Below, one piece after another: positions 57,101-64,000 of a stretch of 64,000 bases of DNA. The DNA lies in assembly GCA_902761145.1 (NCBI GenBank), contig CACWJA010000003.1, positions 92 through 64,091 of the forward strand, read 5' to 3'. Positions within the stretch are counted from its first letter, which is position 1, and each line of letters begins with the position of its first letter. The notes under the pieces are model-generated. The model searched no databases. It saw nothing but the letters and a program-made list of their open reading frames with translations, and was not told where the DNA came from. This DNA is from an uncultured bacterium (GTDB taxonomy: Bacteria; Patescibacteriota; Saccharimonadia; Saccharimonadales; Saccharimonadaceae). The position numbers were made by a program, and so were the translations under genes.

Positions 57101-57827
57101 AATCATCAGATGGGTCATAAAACATGATATCATTTTGAGCAAACTCTTCCAATCTAGTTTCAGAAAGATTAGACCTACCAGTACCAGAGCTTGTATTAGA
57201 AACGCCCCCAGTAGATGCACTAGAACTAGCGCCAGCACTAAGCCTAAATACCTTATATTGATTATTATTTAAGTAAAAAGGCGTACCTCCAGGCTCCAAG
57301 TCCCATTCATTCGCCAAGTCGCCTACACGACCATACCAAGATTGATAATTTGCGCCAGCCGCCTTGCCGTCACCTAAGTTAATAAATATATGATTCCTGC
57401 CCTGCCCACTGGTGTCTGCAGAAACTAATATATCTCCCGACTTCAAATCAGATTCATTCGTAGTGCTTATTTGTTCCCACTTATCGGACGAGCTCATATA
57501 GTCAACTAGATCTGACTCCTGTGGACTATTACCAGAAGGAAATCCAGTATCTGCTCCAGAATCTATTATTACGGTTTTCACAAAAGACAAACAATTGTCA
57601 TTGTTCAACTCACTATTTACCCTTCCTGTTGCCTGGACAAAGGCATCCGTTGGCTGATTTTTAAATGTGCTACTACTTGTTCCATACGACCAAGCTAGTT
57701 CTTTTGCCTTACTTACAATATCCTGAGCAGTAGTAGCAAAAACGCTATAACTGTAGAAAAAGACTGCCCCCAATACTACAACCATAGCAAAAACAAACGT
57801 CAAACTAAACAAACGTTGTATTTTCAT
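54126..57827 (-). CDS. Giant secreted multi-domain cell-wall hydrolase: NlpC/P60-like, SGNH hydrolase, phage-tail-lysozyme-like, NlpC/P60 and CHAP domains
   Basis: Signal peptide. NDNCLSFV..GRNHIFINLG; ITWIGDSYS/VFALGDNKGW/ADGGHPT (SGNH blocks); AAIAGILGNMYTESGLNPF; MDCGKFV..PGHVAIYVGD; SNCTLFSAFF..GNHTGVVVGV. Start at the ATG 57827 (alternative 57845). Confidence 0.75.
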   Translation of the reverse strand: MKIQRLFSLTFVFAMVVVLGAVFFYSYSVFATTAQDIVSKAKELAWSYGTSSSTFKNQPTDAFVQATGRVNSELNNDNCLSFVKTVIIDSGADTGFPSGNSPQESDLVDYMSSSDKWEQISTTNESDLKSGDILVSADTSGQGRNHIFINLGDGKAAGANYQSWYGRVGDLANEWDLEPGGTPFYLNNNQYKVFRLSAGASSSASTGGVSNTSSGTGRSNLSETRLEEFAQNDIMFYDPSDDCTDSNGTTFCTFPSGSDITWIGDSYSILAKDLIDTTFPGVDYGGPIKDANGLGDGDTYIASGKCVDQEGIDDHVSSNPSGLSILEKLKNEGKLRPYLVFALGDNKGWTQAMMDKFLGLVDENTKVVLVTSETYNSKHGIVDGSLEGVEGENYDSSNAILKKAAEGHSNIYLADWTTVYKDEYYSADGGHPTEAGGFEAWIQLIKNTIPKNCTAGLLPGNTIAEKIWNYFVQANIEGVSDNAAAIAGILGNMYTESGLNPFMNGESGEYYRGLYMLNSDNGGELWSAITSAVGKSYWEFYGWWCEVSEYPDGSSCAENVLTQKNVPQDAIDTALKMELDFLTLGEINGQKASDRGFYSEFRDFVDHFDVIADKSSPRSYAELFLVLVEIAYGTSEVPGDPLQDVGVRGFGSSKGHDRWQGAKSRGDYAEEFYNRYANLGTPTAVSSSSSGGTVSGVSSGGYHQYDDLTDDQLWDLAEAAIGENSSNMTAFKNELSIMANLAEANGNQPPSGDNLWNYVGNGGWFAGGTAGRINGSHDMNVDSKYLDAARDVLMRGNRTLPTQILEHDCIKCGAGVDHAYNDESHSVDIIDDYSQWKSGVTVLVQDSGGLHGSWIFYGWMGGEPGVGDPMGYFPENPPSNTVSSKQESGVCEGNAQVNGNGGAQIADAAVKMSWPVQAGQGDDSHTGQCKNSGGSWENYSTEGYPPSCAANMRDLYKQQLDTWLPGDDGMDCGKFVTTVLKYTKTVDTTDNSSLESYFETDDMWEKLSDPSTDKLKPGDVYFQPGHVAIYVGDYGGTYGNIASASFGERVGQVTPYYNEGTTTSAWRYKGGVGDGLTQEQAEKLASNYNNNVGNWDGKVAAEGNYCQSSSCASRYSNCTLFSAFFAEMFANVSQQGWPDGVDVVDTLKELGFETGRTPRPFAVFSTTSYHTPSGNHTGVVVGVDGNKIATVEAGYPSLPATYYDYTDVSGEDIWYAYLDSKLDYNKLLEYINK

Positions 57828-57834
57828 ATTCCAT

Positions 57835-58647
57835 CTACAACACATTGTCGCTATTTTCTCCAGCTATCTTCCTGCCATCATGCGACCATCTTCGCGAACC
57901 ATCCCAAAAAGACGTTAGGCAAGTATCGTAAGGCTCCATCTTATAATTGTCTGGATTCAAATAAATTGACTCAAGCCACTTTTCAGCATAATCTATTACT
58001 TCTTTCGTCAATTCTTGATCCTTACATGCATCAACATTCACCAAAAGTTTAAACTCACCACCAAATTTACTCTTATCGATATGCACCTTATGTCCATTTG
58101 GCAAAACATAGTTATGGGGTAAATAACGTTCAACCTGAGCCTCAGGAGTTTCCGCTATACACTGCGTGTCAGTATATATAACATCCGTATAATACGGACA
58201 TTGAATTTTAATGTATAGATCTTCTTTCTTCGTCTGTCCCTTCAACCAAGACATCGTTACCTCAAAAGAATATCTTAATTCTTCTATGTCTATCAAAAAA
58301 TGCGCAGTCACTATATTGTTCTTTGTTTCTTCTGAATACGACCCCTCACGAATAACAGCTTGATATAAAGCGTCATTTGGAATTCTTTCGTTCTTGTCTA
58401 TGAGCATACCTATCAAGTCTTGCGTCTCCTTTTTATAAGCATCCGGAGCATTAGATAGCTCCTTAAAATTAGTTATTTCCACACTTTGAGGCTCTACATT
58501 ATAGCTAAAAAATATCACGGCAAGAATAATAGCAGTCACAACCAAAACGATAAACAAGCCAATAGCGATTTTTATCTCAATAGAAGCATTCTTTAAAAAT
58601 GTTTTTATTTTATTATATTCCACACTTATATAATAACATAAAAACAT
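57835..58647 (-). CDS. Membrane-anchored two-Cys paralogue family protein, long form (270 aa)
   Basis: TM IAIGLFIVLVVTAIILAVIFF. Motif HFLIDIEELRYSFEVTMSW..IQCPYYTDVIYTDTQC, plus a C-terminal extension of about 110 aa. Confidence 0.6.
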   Translation of the reverse strand: MFLCYYISVEYNKIKTFLKNASIEIKIAIGLFIVLVVTAIILAVIFFSYNVEPQSVEITNFKELSNAPDAYKKETQDLIGMLIDKNERIPNDALYQAVIREGSYSEETKNNIVTAHFLIDIEELRYSFEVTMSWLKGQTKKEDLYIKIQCPYYTDVIYTDTQCIAETPEAQVERYLPHNYVLPNGHKVHIDKSKFGGEFKLLVNVDACKDQELTKEVIDYAEKWLESIYLNPDNYKMEPYDTCLTSFWDGSRRWSHDGRKIAGENSDNVL

Positions 58648-58715
58648 AAACTATAACAGTCGCGCACCATCAACGCATGTTTCGTCCAAGCCCATTCTAA
58701 ATCTTTTTATAGAAA

Positions 58716-59495
58716 CTACTGTGGAGGATAACTCTGAATAATATCACCCGGACCTGCTACATAATACACAAAAAGATCTGGCGGCACACCAAGAGAGACA
58801 ACCGCTTCTTTCGTCCTCTGGACATATAACTGTTTAGTTTCACTATCGATATCAAAACTATGTGGATATATCATAATCTTCACAGATCCACCAGCCGTAG
58901 AATAACTAGGGCTAAAATAGTTAAAGTCAAAATACGTTATTAAATCTGACACCAACTCACGTCTACCAGCAAGACCAAAATCGTCCTTGCAGTTAAATTC
59001 TGGATATATAATATCTTGTGGTTCTACAAGGCAAAAAATCCTAAATGACTTATAATACTCTATGTACTGATTATTTTTATCATTTGAGTACTCATTGTAA
59101 AACCAATAGGACTGCTCCAGATCTGGAATATCTACAATTGCACTAAGGTAATTTATATTCTGTTCTTCAAAATGCACAGTCTTTACACTATCCTCACGAA
59201 TCATAACATCTACAGATGTCGATACATTCTCGCTAGGTGTATTTTTTAATATGAGCTCAAATAACGTTCTCTCCAATATTTCAATACTACCATAATAACC
59301 ATCCGGTACAACAGAGTCAAAATTTTTAATTGTCGCAACAGGAATACGACTTGGGTTATCATCGGTTATTTCATCTGACTGAGACAACTGCGATATGGAA
59401 ACGCCAAGAAAAGCAATAAATATAACCTGCGCAACAACAAAACCAACAACTAACATATTTGGTTTAAATACAATATTATTTTGTTTATTATTCAT
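58716..59495 (-). CDS. Membrane-anchored two-Cys paralogue family protein, long form (259 aa)
   Basis: TM MLVVGFVVAQVIFIAFLGV. Motif AIVDIPDLEQSYWFYNEY..IFCLVEPQDIIYPEFNCKD, plus a C-terminal extension. Confidence 0.6.
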   Translation of the reverse strand: MNNKQNNIVFKPNMLVVGFVVAQVIFIAFLGVSISQLSQSDEITDDNPSRIPVATIKNFDSVVPDGYYGSIEILERTLFELILKNTPSENVSTSVDVMIREDSVKTVHFEEQNINYLSAIVDIPDLEQSYWFYNEYSNDKNNQYIEYYKSFRIFCLVEPQDIIYPEFNCKDDFGLAGRRELVSDLITYFDFNYFSPSYSTAGGSVKIMIYPHSFDIDSETKQLYVQRTKEAVVSLGVPPDLFVYYVAGPGDIIQSYPPQ

Positions 59496-59497
59496 AA

Positions 59498-62400
59498 CTA
59501 ATTACCTATTATCTCGTTAAGCGATTGGTTCCCTAAGTGCTCTTTGTCTGGAGTAAAATGGTCGCCAGGATAAGCAAGAATACCAACGCCATTAGCAAAA
59601 TACGAAGCCGGTTTAGTCATAACTTTGGCACCATATGCGCAATAAGCTGCCTCTATAGTGAGATATTCACCATCATCAGCAGTACCAACCACCACACCAG
59701 TATGTGACCAAGCACTACTACCAGATCCACCAAAGACGCTAAACGGAGTGGGATCGTTTCCAGTCTGCCAACCAAGTCCAGGCAGACCAGTATCAGCTAT
59801 GTAAGATCCATCACCTATTATTCCAGAAGTAGCACCTTTTTCTGACGCGTCCGTAAATGCCGATACAAACCAATAGCTAAAAGAAACACAGTTAACTTTT
59901 GCACAACTTGAGGGTATCACACCGTCTATAAAGTTAGAAGCCGAAACTCTATCACTATTATAATAATCAGCGACTTTCTGAGCCTGCTCCTTCGTGAGCC
60001 CAGCGCTCGATACAACACTACTAGAATTTGTTCCACTATTATTCTTGCAAACACCACTATTACAAGCCTTCGTACTGCCGCCGCCACCCTTAATCGCCGT
60101 AAAATCGTCCCAGAGCTTAGCTTTAGCCATTTCATCGAGAGAAGCTTCTTGGTTTCCACCAAAGGCGGGATTAGCCTGCATAACCTTATCATTCCCGTCT
60201 ATACTAAATAGACCAATTACGTGCCCAGCAGAGCAGTAATCTCCCCACTGAAACCCAGTATAACAACCTGCACCAGTAAAATGAATCATATAACCGTCTT
60301 GGAGATACTGGCGAAATTTAGTCTTTGTTTCTTCAACACTCGAAGAAGTATCCGTCTTCACCTCAAAGCCATAATACTCTCCAACTTTAGGGTCAAGTAC
60401 ACTTACAGACGTCGAATTGTAATACTCATCGCCTAAAAGATTCGCGATATCAGTCGGGAGAACATCCTGGCCAGCCGCAACCGTAGCCAACATCGCCATA
60501 GACACAGCTCCACAGCCAGCACTCGCCATAGTAGAGCCGCCATACGGCATACTCCCCCACGGCTCATCCGACTGTATATATTCTGGGTACTCCCCCACAT
60601 AAGTAGTACAGCCATCAGACCCACGTAGCCTTTCGATCGCCGCACTGACAAATTTCCATATATCTCCAGGATCTATCTTCTCATTCTCAGGAGTATGCAT
60701 ATGGCCCAATACTCCCTCATATTTTTTAAACTCATCTGGGCTCAACTCATTATTCCCATGTGCCCAGTCCACAGATGATGTTAGCGGGATTCCAGTTTCC
60801 TCATTTATCGCTATCATCACTTTGGCAAGATATTCCCAATCCTCGTCTGAATAATTAAATAAATCATACTCTGGTGTATAGCCCACGTCATGCTCGCTAA
60901 AACCTACAATCTCAAACTGAATTGGCCCTTCCTTATCATATACACCTACAGCCATAGACGGCTGATAAATCGAAAAATGCTGCGATATTGACTTATTTTT
61001 AACGTCTATTGTAAAATGCGCAGGATACATATTATTACTAGGATAAGCCGCAAGCCCAGGCGTAGAACCATCGGTACTATGCAGCAGTATTTTATTCGGC
61101 TTACCACCATCAGTAGTATATGCTCCAATCGGCTGCACCTGAGATTCGCTCAGTTGAACATCCCCAGTCGTTACGTCTTCAATCACTAGCCCTTCCATAG
61201 TCCCAGGAACTATCCACCCATTATCCCACTCTACTCCCGATCTATATGGAACACCAGAGCCACCAGCAGCTACTTCTAGCGCATCCTTGATAGTTTGCAT
61301 GAACATTTCCGCACCTTCAGCGGTAAACTCTATACCACTACTATCCATATATTCGTCTTTGTAGTTCGCTGCTACATCTGCAACATATATATTGTCATGC
61401 TCATTCGCAGTTTTCTTCACAAGCGCATTATTTTCCGTATAATCTGCGCCTCGATATTTTGTCGTAGTGAGTATTACTTTAGTATCATTTCCCACTAGTC
61501 TCAGGAAAGTATTCATGGAATCTTGTGTCCAACCATCGTTCCCGCCCAACGCAAAGACCAAATACTTACGCAACTTCCCCTCACCAACAAGCTTTCTCAC
61601 AATCTCAAGCCCGGACGGATTATTGCTTGTACAGCTAGAACTAATTCCCTTACAACTCTGAATATATGAAGTAGAGTCATTAAAGGATGGCCCATAATCT
61701 ACCCCAGGAAATATTGTTTGAACTAAATGGTTACCATTACTATCGGTAGCAAGAGCAGAATCCGAATCCCCAATCCATGTTATTTCGCTACCAGAAACCT
61801 GACCAGAAGCGCTCAAAGAACCAGTATTACTAGAGCTAGTAGCATTAGAAGAAGCAGAAGTACCCGTGGAAGACGCCCCACATTCCCGCTCCATCTCTGC
61901 GGCCCAATCATCGTCACCTTCCAGCCCCCAACATTCACCAAATTCAGGACTCGGCGAATAGACACTACAGACGCCAGTTCCACCCTCAGCACTATAATCT
62001 ACATCTTCGCGGCACTTAGTGCCATCCCACACACATACAATCTTACCAGCGCCCACACCACTTCCACCTGTAGCGTTACCCATTGCGAACTTTATATGAT
62101 TGCTCCCAGCCAAAGCTTCGTTAATCATATCTTGGTCGCTACTTGTAATAGTATGATCACCACGACAAGACATACCGCCTCCGAATTCGTAACACTGATG
62201 ATCTAGCCAATCAGACAACTTACCACTTGGTACACCATGTTTAGAGATAACTTGATTCATAAACCCTTCTACACCAGCAATGGTATAGTCTTCCCTCTCC
62301 ACTACATACATAAAGTTTTCTCTATCCGTCTGTGAAGCCTCAGTCCACATCCTCGTCCTAAGCTCCGCCAATTTAGGACAATTTCCACCAGTAGAACAAC

Positions 62401-63802
62401 TAAAATCCTTATAGTCGTCATAAGCTTTCTCGGCATCCCTACCACGCGCATCGGGATTACGCTCACGAGGCCTCTCCCATTCGTCCATCCACCATATAGC
62501 TGCTTCAGTAGGAGTAGAAAAATTTTTATCCATATAACTCTTTGTGGTTGTTGGATTAAAATTATCGCCCAATGCATAAGCAACTTCAAACTCAACAAGC
62601 TTTCTAAATTCCGCTGCACCTATTTTTTCCAACAAACAATCGCCGTACGATGAATGATTAGAGTCTACTGCACATCCAGGATGCCATAAAAAGTTATAAC
62701 TATACTCCTTAGTATTCTTAAAATAATTAACATACTCTGGAGCATTTTCATTCACATAATGCAAATAGTTATTCAAACCAGACGTAATCGCAAAGGCTCC
62801 TACACCAGTACGCTGAATAGTCCCATTATAATAAGCATCCCAGCCACCAACCAGCTCGCCACTACCATTAACACCACCATTTCCGCTGCTAGGATAGCCC
62901 TCCCAAGCTACTGGGTTCATACCGCCCTCATTCGCCAAATTCCCTACAACCCCAGCAATCTTTATAGGATCGTTGAAGTAAGTACTCAAAACAGACCAAT
63001 ATACACCCCTAGCTGTGCCGTCATCACTACATAGCGTATTGCCATCAGCTCCCTCAACGCAATCGCTAGGATCATAGAATATGATATCATTCTGCGCAAA
63101 CTCCTCCAACTGCCCTGCAGGTATTTGAGATTTTTGAGCCCCAACAGAAGTACGGTTATTAGACGAACTACTACTACCAGACGAAACATTCCGAAATACT
63201 TTATACTTATTTCCACTATAATAAAACGGTACTCCTCCACCCCACCACTGATCCTCTAATTTCTCAATACGCCCATACCATGCATTTAGATTAGCATCAC
63301 TTACCTTACCATCTCCTATAAATACAAATATATGATCTCTGCCCTGTCCACTAGTATCAGCGGACACCAGTATGTCACCTGGCTTTAAATCCGCCTCATT
63401 CGCAGTATCTATCTGCTCCCATTTACTAGATGAAGTCATATATTCCACAAGATCAGACTCTTGAGGTCCATCTTCATTTGGAAAATCAGTATCAGCCCCA
63501 GAATCCCTAACCACCGTCTTTACAAAAGACAGACAGTCATTGTTGTTAGGTGTATTTACTCTATTAGTAGCCTCGACAAAAGCATCCGTCGGAGCCGACA
63601 AAGATTCACTTTCTTTTCCCTCTGGCCAAGCCAGTTCTTTTGCCTTATCCGCTATTTTTTGTCCCATATCGGCGGCCAACGCTATACGACTCCAAGTTAT
63701 AGCCTCAACCAAAACAAAAAGCGCCGAAAGCAAAATACAGACCCAAGCTAACCCACGTCCACTTTCTCTTAATACTCTTTTATGATAGCTAACGCACTTC
63801 AT
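59498..63802 (-). CDS. Giant secreted multi-domain cell-wall hydrolase: NlpC/P60-like, phage-tail-lysozyme-like, SGNH, amidase_2-like, C39-like peptidase and CHAP domains
   Basis: NNDCLSFV..GRDHIFVFIG; IAGVVGNLANEGGMNPV; EITWIGDSDS/VFALGGNDGW; KILLHSTDG..GVLGHMHTPENEKIDPGD; ASAGCGAVSMAMLA..AGHVIGLF; VNCVSFSYWF..WSHTGVVVGT. The first ~215 aa are paralogous to the other hydrolase. Confidence 0.75.
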   Translation of the reverse strand: MKCVSYHKRVLRESGRGLAWVCILLSALFVLVEAITWSRIALAADMGQKIADKAKELAWPEGKESESLSAPTDAFVEATNRVNTPNNNDCLSFVKTVVRDSGADTDFPNEDGPQESDLVEYMTSSSKWEQIDTANEADLKPGDILVSADTSGQGRDHIFVFIGDGKVSDANLNAWYGRIEKLEDQWWGGGVPFYYSGNKYKVFRNVSSGSSSSSNNRTSVGAQKSQIPAGQLEEFAQNDIIFYDPSDCVEGADGNTLCSDDGTARGVYWSVLSTYFNDPIKIAGVVGNLANEGGMNPVAWEGYPSSGNGGVNGSGELVGGWDAYYNGTIQRTGVGAFAITSGLNNYLHYVNENAPEYVNYFKNTKEYSYNFLWHPGCAVDSNHSSYGDCLLEKIGAAEFRKLVEFEVAYALGDNFNPTTTKSYMDKNFSTPTEAAIWWMDEWERPRERNPDARGRDAEKAYDDYKDFSCSTGGNCPKLAELRTRMWTEASQTDRENFMYVVEREDYTIAGVEGFMNQVISKHGVPSGKLSDWLDHQCYEFGGGMSCRGDHTITSSDQDMINEALAGSNHIKFAMGNATGGSGVGAGKIVCVWDGTKCREDVDYSAEGGTGVCSVYSPSPEFGECWGLEGDDDWAAEMERECGASSTGTSASSNATSSSNTGSLSASGQVSGSEITWIGDSDSALATDSNGNHLVQTIFPGVDYGPSFNDSTSYIQSCKGISSSCTSNNPSGLEIVRKLVGEGKLRKYLVFALGGNDGWTQDSMNTFLRLVGNDTKVILTTTKYRGADYTENNALVKKTANEHDNIYVADVAANYKDEYMDSSGIEFTAEGAEMFMQTIKDALEVAAGGSGVPYRSGVEWDNGWIVPGTMEGLVIEDVTTGDVQLSESQVQPIGAYTTDGGKPNKILLHSTDGSTPGLAAYPSNNMYPAHFTIDVKNKSISQHFSIYQPSMAVGVYDKEGPIQFEIVGFSEHDVGYTPEYDLFNYSDEDWEYLAKVMIAINEETGIPLTSSVDWAHGNNELSPDEFKKYEGVLGHMHTPENEKIDPGDIWKFVSAAIERLRGSDGCTTYVGEYPEYIQSDEPWGSMPYGGSTMASAGCGAVSMAMLATVAAGQDVLPTDIANLLGDEYYNSTSVSVLDPKVGEYYGFEVKTDTSSSVEETKTKFRQYLQDGYMIHFTGAGCYTGFQWGDYCSAGHVIGLFSIDGNDKVMQANPAFGGNQEASLDEMAKAKLWDDFTAIKGGGGSTKACNSGVCKNNSGTNSSSVVSSAGLTKEQAQKVADYYNSDRVSASNFIDGVIPSSCAKVNCVSFSYWFVSAFTDASEKGATSGIIGDGSYIADTGLPGLGWQTGNDPTPFSVFGGSGSSAWSHTGVVVGTADDGEYLTIEAAYCAYGAKVMTKPASYFANGVGILAYPGDHFTPDKEHLGNQSLNEIIGN

Positions 63803-64000
63803 ACTTTATCTCAAAATCCTTCATATTGAATCCCTTCCCCTCCAATAAAGAATTCGCCAATTGCTTATCCTTCTCATCAAATAAAACAGCCTCTAAACAA
63901 AGCAATATATCGCAGCTATCACTACTTCTTACGGCAACATATCTCACCAACTTACCTTTGTCGTCGTAATCGGTATACGTAGCAGGCAGCTGATTCGTAT
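63789..64000 (-). CDS. 3' end of a further minus-strand CDS (partial; continues beyond the window)
   Basis: Hand translation shows this minus-strand frame open from 64000 down to a TAG at 63791..63789 (..YTDYDDKGKLVRYVAVRSSDSCDILLCLEAVLFDEKDKQLANSLLEGKGFNMKDFEIKYEVR*). It overlaps the next ATG by 14 nt. Absent from the track because it has no in-window start. Confidence 0.45.
   Translation of the reverse strand, partial: TNQLPATYTDYDDKGKLVRYVAVRSSDSCDILLCLEAVLFDEKDKQLANSLLEGKGFNMKDFEIKYEVR

Noticed and set aside
54126-63802. A prophage or phage-lysis origin for the hydrolase region, suggested by the phage-tail-lysozyme-like and amidase motifs
   Set aside because: There are no capsid, terminase, portal, tail, holin or integrase genes. 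The region is flanked by ribosomal and pilus genes, and the proteins carry signal peptides. This looks like cellular secreted enzymes.
1-64000. CRISPR arrays, transposases/IS elements, toxin-antitoxin pairs, restriction-modification or other named defence systems
   Set aside because: There are no regularly spaced repeats; the only tandem repeats are 2 x 26 bp in the 23S gene and 3 x 18 bp in a coding region. No transposase-like ORFs are present. The DUF1524 nuclease is exported and unpaired. The lone methyltransferase is a small class I enzyme without DNA-MTase motifs.

Overview
This is a 64-kb AT-rich bacterial chromosomal segment. Nearly all of it is coding, and most genes lie on the minus strand.

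Recognisable content:
- the 5' end of a 23S rRNA gene with its own consensus promoter and no adjacent 16S
- five tRNAs: His-GUG, Gly-UCC, Arg-CCU, Arg-UCU and Ile-UAU
- uvrA, ndk, efp and rpsF-ssb-rpsR
- a TlyA-like methyltransferase and a XerC/D-type recombinase
- a polar amino-acid ABC importer
- a complete Gram-positive-style type IV pilus locus: pilM-pilN-(pilO-like)-pilB-pilT-pilC, pilD, two pilins, four minor pilins, and a second orphan PilB-like ATPase

The remainder is surface or secreted proteome:
- Listeria-Bacteroides-repeat/FISUMP adhesin-like proteins
- a WxL-like/DUF916-like locus and a DUF11 protein with a sorting signal
- a secreted DUF1524 nuclease
- two tandem giant multi-domain peptidoglycan hydrolases (about 1233 and 1434 aa), each followed by small membrane-anchored two-Cys paralogues
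- a 1439-aa orphan cytoplasmic protein
- a membrane-anchored Clp-like AAA+ ATPase

Many genes start leaderless (TATAAT-N6-ATG). Taken together these features suggest a reduced-genome Patescibacteria/CPR organism, probably Saccharibacteria (TM7). That assignment is inference only; no search was run.

The most unusual signal is at the nucleotide level. Three tRNA genes (Gly, Arg-CCU, Ile-UAU) are each followed by a terminator and then by a second copy of their own T-stem/acceptor 3' end. That copy base-pairs with an upstream strand to form an acceptor/T-arm minihelix. In two of the three cases the minihelix encloses a conserved multi-hairpin insert of about 100 nt with compensatory base changes. 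I cannot assign this to any family I know.

I saw no CRISPR array, transposase or prophage structural genes.
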